A stretch of 64,000 bases of DNA from an uncultured Verrucomicrobiae bacterium. Its GTDB lineage: Bacteria > Verrucomicrobiota > Verrucomicrobiia > Chthoniobacterales > JAFAMB01. This document shows positions 28,524 to 39,186 of the stretch, piece by piece. Position 1 is the stretch's first letter. Each line of letters begins with the position of its first letter. The stretch spans positions 832,001-896,000 of the forward strand of contig CAWIPH010000002.1 of NCBI GenBank assembly GCA_963837955.1, given 5' to 3'. The translations under genes and the position numbers were made by a program. The notes under the pieces are model-generated. The model ran no database searches, had not been told where the DNA came from, and was given only the letters and a program-made list of their open reading frames with translations.

Positions 28524-30626
28524 CTAAAACGCAAAGCCAAAACTCAAGTGGAACGCGCCGAAATCTTCATTGGTGCGAGGAGATGGATTTATCCCGTAAT
28601 CGACGCGCAACGGCCCGACCGGCAGGTTGTAACGCAATCCAGCGCCAACGCCCGTGCTAAAGGATGAAAAGGGCGAAGAACCGAGACCGCCGGCATCGAA
28701 GAAAATAGCTCCAACCAGATCTCCTACGATTGGGTGATCATATTCAACGTTCAACACCGAACGAGTGAGACCTCCGATCGGATTATTATTGTGGTCTCTT
28801 AAGCCCAATTCTCGTTCGGCGAAGCTGCGTACGGTATCGTCGCCGCCATTAAAAAAACGTTCTTGGATCGGTACGCCAAGATTTCCTCCCGAAGAGGGTG
28901 CGATAAACCCAAAGCGAACCCCGAACGCCAGAAGGCCCTTGCCGATCGGTTGATAATAGGAAAAGCGTTCGGTGAGTTGAAGGTAGCTGCTGGCATTCTG
29001 GAACGGTTCGGAAACAGAACCAGTCAGTGCCAGAATCCAACCGTGATGAGGATTTAGCGGACTATCGCGATAATCGATAGTCTGCGTGATACCAGCGGAT
29101 CCGATCTGGTAGGTTGTGGGACCAACTAGATTGGCCGGATCGATTGTGACGTTGCTCAAACTCACGCTCTTGAATTCTGCGTACACCCCGGTTTCAAAAT
29201 GAGTAGCATATTTTCGCGTGAGCGAAACTTGGCCGTAGGTGTTCGCATAGGAGTACCCCTGAACCATCTTATCTTCGATTCCGAGCACGACGCGGAAACG
29301 ATTCTTGGTATTCAGAAACCAGGGATCCTCGTAGGAGATTTTACCGTCCGGCCCTCGCACCGTGTATTCGGCCGAGACGGAGAAAATCTGACCCGCGCCG
29401 AAAATATTCCGGTTGGCGTAGGCAGCACCAAAAATGAGCCCGTCAAACGTCCGGTAACCACCGAAAACACTGAATTCTTTCGCCTTTGCCTCCAAGGGAG
29501 TAAGCGTGAGCGTAATTGTATCGTCCGCCTCAGCAGTTTCCTGGATTCCAAGGGTATCGAAAAGTCCGGTTTGCACCATTGCAGTGTTCACTGTTTGGAG
29601 CGATTTGGGCCGGTAAATCTGCCCCTGAAGCTCGGCGAAGCGATTGGGCAAAAATTCCGGCTTGAGCCGAGATTTAGGTTTTTGCTCTACGATAATCTTT
29701 CCGAACCGATAGATTGGCCCAGGAGTGGAGTGAACGTAAATCGGCACCCTTCCTCCTTTCCCAACGCGAGTAAAATCGGGTTCGACGGTTACCACGGCAG
29801 AATAGTGACCTTCACCTTTGTAGATGAACGTCAAATCGCGTTGAAGATTGCCCAGCTCAGCCTCCGAATAGGGAGCGGGTTGGTCAGTGAGAGACGAGAT
29901 CTTCGTCTGAAATTGGGCCATTGGAATTTCTGGATCGTTCTTGAAAGTGATCGGTCCAAAGAAATATCTCGGACCTTCAATGATCGTCACGGTGGCGTCG
30001 ACGACACGTCGCGCCTCATCCGGGTGCGTTTCCAACTTCACGATCTGCACCTTCGGAAAACCTTGTGAGATGTAGTAGCCCTGGACGAGCGATGTACCGG
30101 TCACTAGATCTGCTTCGACGTAAGGGAGATTCTTTTGGAATTGGGAGAAACGCGCCCTGGTGGTGCCGACCATGTAGTCGTTGAGTACGTCCGGAGAAAA
30201 TGTCTTGTCCCCCTTGAAACTGATGGTTCCCAAATTGTAGTACGGGCCCTCAGTGATACTCAGCTCCAAGTCTCGACCGTTGCTCAAGATTTTGTATTTT
30301 ACGTCCACCGCTGGATATCCGTGTCGCCGATAGAAAACGCCGAGGTAATAGGCCGTGTCGTCTGCCAGGGGTACGTTTAGTCCCTCGTTACGGATTTGCA
30401 GCAGCGGATCGGCGACTGCATCTCGTAAATCCTTTTCGGTGAAACTCTGATTCCCGACAAAATGAATTCTCGAGGCTGTTTCCGGCGGCGGCGTCGCTTG
30501 CATCTGGACGGTGGTTGCCGCTTGCTCGGCCGGCTTCGGGGTAGGCCCCCCCGGAGGCGGCGCTTGTCCATGAACGCTCGCCGCGATCACAATCTCAACG
30601 AACGCGGCGGCAACGAGACATTTCAT
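28524..30626 (-). CDS. tamA: Omp85/BamA-TamA family outer membrane protein
   Basis: POTRA-like repeats, RFFNGG..TVRSF, GLRYNLPVGPLRVDYG, C-terminal FGFAF; overlaps tamB stop. Confidence 0.85.
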   Translation of the reverse strand: MKCLVAAAFVEIVIAASVHGQAPPPGGPTPKPAEQAATTVQMQATPPPETASRIHFVGNQSFTEKDLRDAVADPLLQIRNEGLNVPLADDTAYYLGVFYRRHGYPAVDVKYKILSNGRDLELSITEGPYYNLGTISFKGDKTFSPDVLNDYMVGTTRARFSQFQKNLPYVEADLVTGTSLVQGYYISQGFPKVQIVKLETHPDEARRVVDATVTIIEGPRYFFGPITFKNDPEIPMAQFQTKISSLTDQPAPYSEAELGNLQRDLTFIYKGEGHYSAVVTVEPDFTRVGKGGRVPIYVHSTPGPIYRFGKIIVEQKPKSRLKPEFLPNRFAELQGQIYRPKSLQTVNTAMVQTGLFDTLGIQETAEADDTITLTLTPLEAKAKEFSVFGGYRTFDGLIFGAAYANRNIFGAGQIFSVSAEYTVRGPDGKISYEDPWFLNTKNRFRVVLGIEDKMVQGYSYANTYGQVSLTRKYATHFETGVYAEFKSVSLSNVTIDPANLVGPTTYQIGSAGITQTIDYRDSPLNPHHGWILALTGSVSEPFQNASSYLQLTERFSYYQPIGKGLLAFGVRFGFIAPSSGGNLGVPIQERFFNGGDDTVRSFAERELGLRDHNNNPIGGLTRSVLNVEYDHPIVGDLVGAIFFDAGGLGSSPFSSFSTGVGAGLRYNLPVGPLRVDYGINPSPRTNEDFGAFHLSFGFAF

Positions 30627-33600
30627 CGGAACCGAATGAGATATCGCAGCCGTCCACTCACGTCTCCTGCTTGACCGAATTCGCCGATCAACTGCCAGTT
30701 GTTCGTGAGGCTAAATCGTGCGCTGACGTCCTGCGTACCCGGACGGTCCCCTGGAATGATATCGACTTCGAGGCGCTCCAAGAAAGATTGTTGCTGAGCG
30801 TTGGGGCGAACTTTGAAGACCTTTGTGAGTAGCTGTTGCGCGAGTATAAAGGAGGCACGGCCGGCCAGGAGAGTGGGGTTTTGCACGAATTCCGAAGTCG
30901 TCGAGCCAGTAGCCAGAAGCGTAGCGATATCTCCCTGGGCCAATGGAGGGGTACTGTCGAATAAGATTTGGAAGTTGGAAACGTTTCCGAAAACTCGCAT
31001 CCGAACCTCATAATCGCGGATCAGGGAAACACCGGTGATATTGAAAGACGGGTTGAGTGGATTGCCGCCCGGAGAGAAGTCGATATAACCGTTGTTGATG
31101 TCGAGATGGCTGAAAGGAAGGGAAGCCGTCAACTGATCTACCCTGACGAATCCGGTGACGGTCGGTTGGAGCCCGGTACCACCAACCTGCAAATCGACAG
31201 TGACTTGGCCTCGAGCAAGGTTGCTCTGCACCAAGAACGGGCTATCGGTTTGTATCTTCACATTGAATTTCCAGTCTCGGACCGGGGGAGTCGTTATTGA
31301 GACACTACTGGGCGGAGGAATTGAAGGTGGCTGAGGCGCCGGGCGGCCAGGCAGGTTGAGTGGCAAGATATCAATGTCCTGGAAAAAGCGGCTATCGACC
31401 AGGCCGACCTTTCCGGCGATTTCTACTGTGGATAGCGGCCCGCGGACAGTTAGATCGATGTTGGATCGAACGATGATATTATCGCTCCGGGTCAGCAGGA
31501 GTTTCCGACTGGTTAGAGCGAGATCGAACTGAGGATTTGTTCCTTGGGCAAGGTCGATCGAACCGCTCAAAGAGAAGGGACCACCGCCCGCTAAACCGTT
31601 GAACCGGTCAAACGTCACGCGATGGTTATCGCGAAAATTGATGTCTACCGCAAAATCGGAGATGGGAGGAACGACGTCTGTAGAAGCACGGAACCGGGTT
31701 ACATTGGCCGACACCGCGCCGCTGATCTCGGGTTTGTCGAGTGTTCCGGCGACATTCGCGTCGATGGCGACTCGTCCTTCCAGGATTCGAATGAAGGGTG
31801 TCAGCTTACGCGCAAATTGCAGATTTGTTTCTGGCCAATGAACCGAGAGAGCAATCGGAGTATTTGCAGGGAGTTTTCCGCTGTCTAGCACCTGGGCAAC
31901 GTCGAGCGGGACTTTTCCTTGCACCTGCAAGGGCTGGATTTCCGGTTGTTGAAAATGTCCGTCTAAGGTCAGGACCTTATTGGCCAATTGCACGGTAAAA
32001 TCTCCGTTTGCTGCTGCGAAAGTGGAAACAGTCGGCGATCGAAGATCGCTGAGGCTCGTTTTGATTTGGAATGACGGATCTCTCAGTGTGCCGCTCGCCT
32101 TTATAATTAGTCCGGCATTCCCAGTAATTTGTCGGTCCTGTGGCTGAAAACTAGCCAGCGAGACTTTGTCGGCTACCAGATCGATAGAAAGGGGCCGATC
32201 CAAAGCGATCGGAATCTTTTGCTGATTGAGGTCAAGCGGGACGCTGACGGATCCGGCTAGGAGGTTTTGGTCCTTACGCACCTCCAGATGAGGGATCTCG
32301 AACAGCTCAGGGCTTAACCGAATTGTCGCGTCCAAATTAGCCAGCGGAGAGAGTACCTGCAGACGCGTTACTTCGGCCTTGAGCCCTTCGTAAGATCCCT
32401 CGACGTCCGCTTTGATTCCTTTCGTTCCTTTCACCTGAAGGTCAGAGATGTGCAGTTGCGCGCTGCCCACGGAGTTCTTTAGTTGACCTTTTCCGGACCA
32501 AACGAGGTTCAATTTACCTCCGAGCCCAACGTCCTGGCCAAACGATTTGAGCAGCGGATCGAGAAAAGCGAGATCTCTCAGATCAACGTTGGCATTGCCT
32601 TCGTACTCGTATGGTTCGGCGAGTTGTCCCCGGCCGGTCAGATTAATCGAGTTGTTGCGATCGGCGATGACCTTCAATGTCGGAAGTGTCAGCAAATTGT
32701 CCTTTACCGATCCGCTCACCTCGGTGTCTTGCAGGCTCAAGCCACGATACCTGATTTGAGTACCCACGAGGTTGAGCTGAGCGTCAGCAATGTGATTATC
32801 TTTGACTTGGCCACTCCCGGAAAATCGCGCGCTCAGGCTACCCGTCAGGTTCGGTTCCGGCCCGATTGTCTTGAAAAAAGAGTCAAACACTCGGAGGTCG
32901 TCCAGTTGCAGTTGCCCAGAAGCGGTGTAGCGCAGGGGCGCATTGATGTCCAAGTCGGCGTTCAGATCGAATGAGTTGTGCGAATCGAAGTTGACGCGGA
33001 GCGCATCGATCGTGGCTTTTTGCTGTGCGATCTTGGCTTTCAGGGTGAGACTTTGCACCGGTAAACCGCGATAACTAATGTCGTGGCCATCGGCCTGAAT
33101 TTCGGCGTTTGGCGTGCTTTGCTGGGAGTTGCCGGTCGCCTTTGCCGTCATTTCGATCGCGCCCCGTAAACCGGTCGCCTGGTGGAGGCTGGTGAGCAAA
33201 GCGTCGAACTTCGACAGGTCGACCAGACGCAGTGCTGCTGTCCCTTCGTACGGATAGTTGTCTGTGAGTTTTACATTACCGCTCGCGTCCAAGTAATTGG
33301 AGTCATCGAGGGCAGCGTGCAGTTGCTGAACCTTCGCGATTCCATCCGCCGCATTCGCGTCCATCGTGATTCGCTGTAAGGCGAAGTCACCGTAGCGTAG
33401 GTTGTTGCCGTTGAATTGGACGGCGCCCACGGGTTGGCCGTTCTTTAGTGTAATTTCGCCATCTCCGACCAATGAGCCTCGAAGTGGAGTTTCCGGGACG
33501 AAATCTCCGATCGAATCGACGTGAAACTTGAGTTTGGCATCGAGTCGTCTTAGGTCCGGTGTCGCGCCGGGAGTCGGCAGTGGCAATTGGGCGTTGAGTT

Positions 33601-35083
33601 CGGCGGCACTCTTTCCGGAATTCATTTCGACGTGCGTATCCGATTGGCCGCCTTGGAGTTTGACGATCGCTCCCACTCTCTCGATGCGCGCGGATTCAAA
33701 TCTTGTGTCACTTATCCAGGCATCAACCAGGGCAGCACAGCCCGGCCACAAAGTGTCAGGAAGAGGTAGCCGAGCAACAGCACAGATCGTTGCCTCCGTC
33801 CGCGGGATCTCCAAGCCCGCTTGCTTCAGTCCGACGTTGAGAAGATGGATTGCCGTGGAAGCCTGTCCGCCCTCGATTTGAGCGTTGCCGAGAATCAAGG
33901 CGTTAGTTTGTAGATTGGGAACGAATCTGCCCGGCTCCAACAGCGCTGCTGCCAAACCGATGTGAGCGGCAAATTCGTCAGCAAAAGCGCCCGAATGCGC
34001 TGGCAAGAGGAAGTTACCTCCGATGGAAACACGATTCGATCCGGCATTAAGCAGGCATCGATCAATGTTTCCCTTTCCTTGGTTTAAGCTGACCCTCAGA
34101 TCGAAGTCGTCAATTTGCCGCTCTTGGTACCGGATTCGGTCGCCAATGATAACGACGCGACCATTCAGCGACCTGGGATTATTAAGATCGCCATTGATCG
34201 ATAGGTCCAAAACCGGGATGGATCCAGTAACAGGCAAGTTCTCGAATTGTTGGAGCGGTTGCAGGTTCAGATGAGCGATTTGGACCGCTCCGACCAACAA
34301 ATTCTGGGAGGCTTGCGAATCGAGTGAAGCGTCGATTCGAAGTGGGGCATTGAGCGCTTTTCCGTTAACTGATGCTACGAGCTTACCGAGGGAGAGATGA
34401 CTCGCATCAAGACTGAGCTGATCGATCGCCAGGAAGGGAGGAAGTGAGAGCCCGGTAAGGTGGAGAGTTTCGCCCTGTACTGCCAGACCGGCTCGGAGGT
34501 CTTTCCATACGCCTAGCGGCGGTAACGCGAGCTCGCCGCAAGTCAATGCACCTGATTGGTTTGCTGTAAGATCGATCCCAAAATTTCTAACAGCCAAATC
34601 TCCATCGGGACGGCGGATTTGGATGTTAATATTGCCGACATCTATCCTTTGAGGGATGATCGGCAAGATCCGAAGTGGACCCCCTTTCTTAGACGGTTGC
34701 GGCGGAGCCGGCGGAGTTGGTCGAATAATCAGGTTGACGTCCTTCAGCTCGATCAAATGCACCACCTCACCAGGCTTCTGCTGCAGAAGGCTGAGCAGAC
34801 TGTAGCGAGCCGAGAATCGGCGGACATCCAATCTTTCGATCGGAAGTGTATGATTCGCCGGGAGCGGTTCGAGGTGCAGATCCTGAATGATCAGATTGGA
34901 GAAAATTGAGCCACGGATCTTGAACTGGATCGTAAATTTTTGCCATCTAGCCACCTTTTGAACCACGAACTCTGTGAGACCAAAGAAAATGGGTTGGTAA
35001 AAAACGATGAGCAACAGAACGGCAATGGTGAGCCCACCGAGAAGGTATCGTAACCAGCGGACTCGTTTCCGTTCGGGAGACAT
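30623..35083 (-). CDS. tamB: Translocation/assembly module TamB (AsmA-like) protein
   Basis: N-terminal TM anchor, 1486-aa beta-rich repeats, C-terminal DUF490-like region (STPPL..DIATLLATG). Confidence 0.85.
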   Translation of the reverse strand: MSPERKRVRWLRYLLGGLTIAVLLLIVFYQPIFFGLTEFVVQKVARWQKFTIQFKIRGSIFSNLIIQDLHLEPLPANHTLPIERLDVRRFSARYSLLSLLQQKPGEVVHLIELKDVNLIIRPTPPAPPQPSKKGGPLRILPIIPQRIDVGNINIQIRRPDGDLAVRNFGIDLTANQSGALTCGELALPPLGVWKDLRAGLAVQGETLHLTGLSLPPFLAIDQLSLDASHLSLGKLVASVNGKALNAPLRIDASLDSQASQNLLVGAVQIAHLNLQPLQQFENLPVTGSIPVLDLSINGDLNNPRSLNGRVVIIGDRIRYQERQIDDFDLRVSLNQGKGNIDRCLLNAGSNRVSIGGNFLLPAHSGAFADEFAAHIGLAAALLEPGRFVPNLQTNALILGNAQIEGGQASTAIHLLNVGLKQAGLEIPRTEATICAVARLPLPDTLWPGCAALVDAWISDTRFESARIERVGAIVKLQGGQSDTHVEMNSGKSAAELNAQLPLPTPGATPDLRRLDAKLKFHVDSIGDFVPETPLRGSLVGDGEITLKNGQPVGAVQFNGNNLRYGDFALQRITMDANAADGIAKVQQLHAALDDSNYLDASGNVKLTDNYPYEGTAALRLVDLSKFDALLTSLHQATGLRGAIEMTAKATGNSQQSTPNAEIQADGHDISYRGLPVQSLTLKAKIAQQKATIDALRVNFDSHNSFDLNADLDINAPLRYTASGQLQLDDLRVFDSFFKTIGPEPNLTGSLSARFSGSGQVKDNHIADAQLNLVGTQIRYRGLSLQDTEVSGSVKDNLLTLPTLKVIADRNNSINLTGRGQLAEPYEYEGNANVDLRDLAFLDPLLKSFGQDVGLGGKLNLVWSGKGQLKNSVGSAQLHISDLQVKGTKGIKADVEGSYEGLKAEVTRLQVLSPLANLDATIRLSPELFEIPHLEVRKDQNLLAGSVSVPLDLNQQKIPIALDRPLSIDLVADKVSLASFQPQDRQITGNAGLIIKASGTLRDPSFQIKTSLSDLRSPTVSTFAAANGDFTVQLANKVLTLDGHFQQPEIQPLQVQGKVPLDVAQVLDSGKLPANTPIALSVHWPETNLQFARKLTPFIRILEGRVAIDANVAGTLDKPEISGAVSANVTRFRASTDVVPPISDFAVDINFRDNHRVTFDRFNGLAGGGPFSLSGSIDLAQGTNPQFDLALTSRKLLLTRSDNIIVRSNIDLTVRGPLSTVEIAGKVGLVDSRFFQDIDILPLNLPGRPAPQPPSIPPPSSVSITTPPVRDWKFNVKIQTDSPFLVQSNLARGQVTVDLQVGGTGLQPTVTGFVRVDQLTASLPFSHLDINNGYIDFSPGGNPLNPSFNITGVSLIRDYEVRMRVFGNVSNFQILFDSTPPLAQGDIATLLATGSTTSEFVQNPTLLAGRASFILAQQLLTKVFKVRPNAQQQSFLERLEVDIIPGDRPGTQDVSARFSLTNNWQLIGEFGQAGDVSGRLRYLIRFR

Positions 35084-35109
35084 CAGACTAAAGAACTAAC
35101 ATTCTGAGG

Positions 35110-36012
35110 GTGCCCGCCGACGACCAATCTCGCAGCGAGGTGCTCTGCCAAATGAAGCAACGACGCTCACTCTGGTCGCAGATGCTGCGAATGTGCAAGT
35201 CGGTTTTTGGTCCAGTTTGGACAAATTTACTGCGAGCCATTAGTCGGTATGGCCAAGTCAATGGAGAACAGTGTGCTGCATCCTTCGCCTATTATGCATT
35301 CTTCTCACTATTCCCGTTGATTCTTCTGTTTGTCGCTATCGGGACTTTGTTCGTTAGCGATCGGGAGCAGGCGGCACGTCGATTGGTCATCCAGATCGAA
35401 GAATACACGCCGCTGCAGCAAAGCGACCGGGATGTCGTGATGAGTACCGTCGAAGGAGTGATTCGTCACGGTTGGGGCGCCGGAATTCTCGGTTTTTTGA
35501 TGCTTCTTTGGAGTTCTTTGCGCTTCTTCCAGGCACTGGTACTCGGAATCAATCGCGCCTGGGGGGCGATGGACTACGATTGGTGGAGACTCCCGTTGCG
35601 CAATCTTCTCATGATCGGCATCCTCTTGAGCGCCGCTTTGCTTAGCGTCGTTGCTCCGCTGATTCTGACGAAGATCCTTGAGTTTGTTGGATGGAATCAG
35701 GACTGGGTGACCGGAGTTTTTACCGGTCTGCTACCGACGTTAATTCTCTTTTATTGCTTGCTCATGTTCTACCGATTCGCGCCGCGGGGACGCTCGACGA
35801 CCTTTAGGCAAGTCTGGCCAGCTGCACTGTTTGCGGCGCTCGCCTTAAAATTTTGCCAGCATCTCTTCGGAATCTATTTGACTCAGTTCATTAGTTTTAA
35901 CGCCGTATACGGGGTATTTGGTACCATTATGGCTCTGCTATTCTGGATTTACTTGTCCGGGGTAATTGTCATTTTCGGAGGCTGTATCGCCGCGACGCGC
36001 GTCACTCGATGA
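35110..36012 (+). CDS. YihY/virulence factor BrkB family membrane protein
   Basis: AASFAYYAFFSLFP, YRFAP, YGVFGTIMALLFWIYLS. Confidence 0.9.
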   Translation: MPADDQSRSEVLCQMKQRRSLWSQMLRMCKSVFGPVWTNLLRAISRYGQVNGEQCAASFAYYAFFSLFPLILLFVAIGTLFVSDREQAARRLVIQIEEYTPLQQSDRDVVMSTVEGVIRHGWGAGILGFLMLLWSSLRFFQALVLGINRAWGAMDYDWWRLPLRNLLMIGILLSAALLSVVAPLILTKILEFVGWNQDWVTGVFTGLLPTLILFYCLLMFYRFAPRGRSTTFRQVWPAALFAALALKFCQHLFGIYLTQFISFNAVYGVFGTIMALLFWIYLSGVIVIFGGCIAATRVTR

Positions 36013-36110
36013 GTAATGGGCCGTCCGTTGTCTGCCATTCGTCTGCCGGAGGCTGGATCGAACCAAGCCTGACGAGAGGAACAGGTGCCTCGCTAACGGC
36101 CCAAGTGTCC

Positions 36111-36917
36111 TCAAGATAAGAGATGCTCGGTGAGGAATGGCAGCACAATCTCATTGAAACGGTGCGCTTGTTCGACCATGCCGAGATGAGCCGCCCCTCT
36201 CAGAATTTGTAACTTTGAACCCTGAATCCGTTCGCGCATCGATTCGGCAACGGAAGGAGGGAAGCCTTGATCCTTCTCTGCTGGGATCAGCAGGGTTGGA
36301 ACCTTTATTTCTTTTAGCCGCTCGGTGAGATTCAGTCCCTGTAGAGCTCGGCAGCAGCCAACAAAACCGTCCGGGGAAGTGGCGCGAATCAAGTCCGCAA
36401 TCCAAGCTGCGGTCCACGGAGCTGACTGCAAGAACTCGAGATTGAACCAACGCGCGAGTGTTGGCTCAACCTGGCTCTCCATGCCCTTCAGACACACAGT
36501 CTCGATTCGCAGATTGAAATTGGCCTTCATGGCTTCGTTCGCTTCGCTTCCAGTGCAGCAGAGCACGAGAGCCGATAAGCGATCCGGCGCAGTCAAAGCC
36601 AGGACCTGGCCAATCATCCCGCCCAGCGAAACTCCAACGAACGCCGTCCGTTCGATTGACAGGTGATCGAGCAGTTTCAGCACGTCGGTCGCCAACTCTT
36701 CGAGCGAATAGCTGTCTCCTGGCGCTTCGCTTTCGCCGTGGCCACGCACATCATAGAGGATTACCCGGAAGCGCCGGGTCAACAGGGGTAGCTGATATCC
36801 CCAGACCTCTGCGCTGGTTGCGAGGGCATGGGAGAGCACCACGGCCGGAGCTTCTTCAGCTCCTTCCGAGGCGAAACTGACGCGGTAACCATTGATCTGG
36901 GCAGATTGCTTTTTCAT
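36111..36917 (-). CDS. Alpha/beta hydrolase (3-oxoadipate enol-lactonase-like)
   Basis: YDVRGHGES, GVSLGG nucleophile, RWF, AAHL; start set at MKKQ. Confidence 0.85.
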   Translation of the reverse strand: MKKQSAQINGYRVSFASEGAEEAPAVVLSHALATSAEVWGYQLPLLTRRFRVILYDVRGHGESEAPGDSYSLEELATDVLKLLDHLSIERTAFVGVSLGGMIGQVLALTAPDRLSALVLCCTGSEANEAMKANFNLRIETVCLKGMESQVEPTLARWFNLEFLQSAPWTAAWIADLIRATSPDGFVGCCRALQGLNLTERLKEIKVPTLLIPAEKDQGFPPSVAESMRERIQGSKLQILRGAAHLGMVEQAHRFNEIVLPFLTEHLLS

Positions 36918-36999
36918 TACAATTCCTAGACTCGGCGCTCGAGGAATTGCCACGGCCCGCCCATGTTTCCTCAAGTCGGATTTTGGCGAACAAAAAACA

Positions 37000-37776
37000 C
37001 TAAAAATAGAACGGGATGCCGAGCTGCTGGAAAATCTTTTTGTTCTCTCCGAAGAACTTGTTTCCAAGATCGTTAAATCCCCCGCTTTCTTTAAACTGCT
37101 TCAGGAAAGCGTTTACTTGAGTGCGTAATTCGTCATTTCCTTTCCGGATGCCGATCGCCCATTCTTCGATCTGAAACGGTTGTAAGATTGCGCGCGTTGA
37201 TTCTTGGTACTTTTGCCAATGTTGGAAGATGGAAATTTGATCGTAGATCATGCAATCCGCTTTGCCTTGCGCGACTTCCGTGGCGCAGGTCGCCGGGTCG
37301 TTGAAGATGAGGATTTTCGCATTATGAAAATGTTGGATTGCGTAAATGTGGCCGGTAGTCGCTTTCTTCACTGCGACAGTGACGTTAGGTTTGTCGATAT
37401 CTGCGATCGATTGAATGGAACTGTTTTTGTTTGCCAGAATCGATAAGCCCATCTTCAAATAAGGATCGCTGAAGTCGATAGACTTCGCTCGCTCTTCGGT
37501 CATGGTCATAGAAGAGATTGCTAGGTCGATCTTCCCGGTCTTCAGTGATGGGATCAGACCATCGAAAGGGATGTTCTCAAAGCGGATCGGACGCTGAAGG
37601 TATTTACCAAGGGATCTCATCATCTCCACGCTCATGCCGGCTGGCTGTCCGCTGGTATCCAACATTTCGAACGGAGGAAAACTCATCTCCATCCCGATCA
37701 CGACTTCCTTTTGCTGGGCATGCAAGGTTCCAACGCTGGAGAGCGTGATTACGAGACAGCGAATCAAGAATTTCAC
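37000..37776 (-). CDS. Amino-acid ABC transporter substrate-binding protein (family 3)
   Basis: Signal peptide, FPPFE, FDGLIPSL, ERAKSIDFSDPY. Confidence 0.92.
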   Translation of the reverse strand: MKFLIRCLVITLSSVGTLHAQQKEVVIGMEMSFPPFEMLDTSGQPAGMSVEMMRSLGKYLQRPIRFENIPFDGLIPSLKTGKIDLAISSMTMTEERAKSIDFSDPYLKMGLSILANKNSSIQSIADIDKPNVTVAVKKATTGHIYAIQHFHNAKILIFNDPATCATEVAQGKADCMIYDQISIFQHWQKYQESTRAILQPFQIEEWAIGIRKGNDELRTQVNAFLKQFKESGGFNDLGNKFFGENKKIFQQLGIPFYF

Positions 37777-37958
37777 GTAGCCTTCTTATTCCCAGCCGGC
37801 CAGAGTTTCAACACCGGACTGGCGGGTGGTACCCTTGATGGGCGGAGGGCGCGCGCTTGCGACTTTGCCAATTTGTTCGGAATGGTCCGCTTTAATAGGA
37901 GAAAGGATATGCGCCCAGAGCAGTCGTCCCGGCTTGTCCGCCTAGCCTAAAGCCTTTT

Positions 37959-38209
37959 GGAGGGACTCAATGAAAGTAGCCCAGTACGAAGTGCTGGGAA
38001 CAACGCAAAAGAGACGTCCGTCCCGTCAGGGACGATAGAAGCGTTTTTGGCTCCTGGTCCTTTCGTAGGCGGCTTCACCAGCGTATGCAAGCATCGATCG
38101 TCCCGTTCCTCCTTCGTCATCCTGACTATGGCGGACAGGCCGGGACGGATCGTGTTTTTTGAACGGTACCCCAGCACTTCGTACTGGGCTACTTTCATTG
38201 AGTCCCTCC
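37959..38209. repeat. REP/MITE-like element with perfect 40-bp terminal inverted repeats
   Basis: 37959-37998 is the exact reverse complement of 38170-38209; internal cgtccc...gggacg palindromes. Confidence 0.9.
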
Positions 38210-38364
38210 GGGACCAATCCTCTTCGCAATACTTCTACCCTATATATTGACGCACATGTGCGCCTGCGGGACGCACCCTCCGAGCGACGGCCTCAATTCG
38301 ATTTGGACTCCACTAGCTCGATAGACTAAGTGTCAGTCCGGACCGCAGTACGTGGAAAAAAGCT

Positions 38365-39186
38365 ATGCTCCAGGTCGAAGATCTAACAATCAATTTCCAG
38401 AGCGATCAGGGCGAGATTTGTGCTGTCGATTCCGTGTCATTTTCCGTGGCGGATGGCGAGACTCTGGCGATTGTCGGAGAGAGTGGGAGCGGAAAAAGCG
38501 TTACTGCCCTTTCGCTCACCAGGTTGCTTCCCCAACCACCGGCACGTATCGCGCGCGGAGAAGTTTTTCTGGATCACGAACCGCTCCTGGGCAAACCGAT
38601 GCGAGAATTGCGCCGTGTTCGAGGGAAACAAATCGGGTACATATTTCAGGAGCCGGCGACGAGTTTGAATCCGGTCTTTTCCATCTACGAACAGATGTCC
38701 GAGGTGATCCGACTTCACCGGCCCGAGATCAAAGAAATCAAACGGGAGGTTGTTTTTTGGCTGGATCAGGTAGGAATTCTGGAGCCCGGCAAACGGCTAC
38801 ATGACTACCCGTATCAGCTAAGTGGAGGGATGCAGCAGCGGGTCATGATAGCAATGGCTCTCAGTGCTCAACCGAAGGTTCTAGTCGCGGATGAACCCAC
38901 CACGGCGCTCGATGTGACCATCCAGAAACAGATTTTGGACCTTTTTGCCGAACTGAAGCAGAAATTTCAGATGTCAATCATTCTCATCACGCACAACTTC
39001 GGAATCATTCGGGGACTGGCGGACAAAGTGGCAGTGATGTTTCGAGGTCGATTAGTGGAGTTCGGAGATTCCGAGAAGATATTGAAGGCACCGAATCATC
39101 CCTACACTCGGGCCTTAATCGACTGTGTACCTAGATTGGGAGCCGATCTGCGCCGTCTGCAGACCATCGATTATTCTGCACTGTGA
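38365..39186 (+). CDS. Oligopeptide/dipeptide ABC transporter ATP-binding protein (OppD/DppD-like)
   Basis: GESGSGKS, FQEP..SLNP, YPYQLSGGMQQR, ADEPTTALDVT, HPYT. Confidence 0.93.
   Translation: MLQVEDLTINFQSDQGEICAVDSVSFSVADGETLAIVGESGSGKSVTALSLTRLLPQPPARIARGEVFLDHEPLLGKPMRELRRVRGKQIGYIFQEPATSLNPVFSIYEQMSEVIRLHRPEIKEIKREVVFWLDQVGILEPGKRLHDYPYQLSGGMQQRVMIAMALSAQPKVLVADEPTTALDVTIQKQILDLFAELKQKFQMSIILITHNFGIIRGLADKVAVMFRGRLVEFGDSEKILKAPNHPYTRALIDCVPRLGADLRRLQTIDYSAL

Noticed and set aside
37957..38250. Short ORFs on both strands within the 40-bp inverted repeat element
   Set aside because: Products of the palindromic repeat sequence, not protein-like
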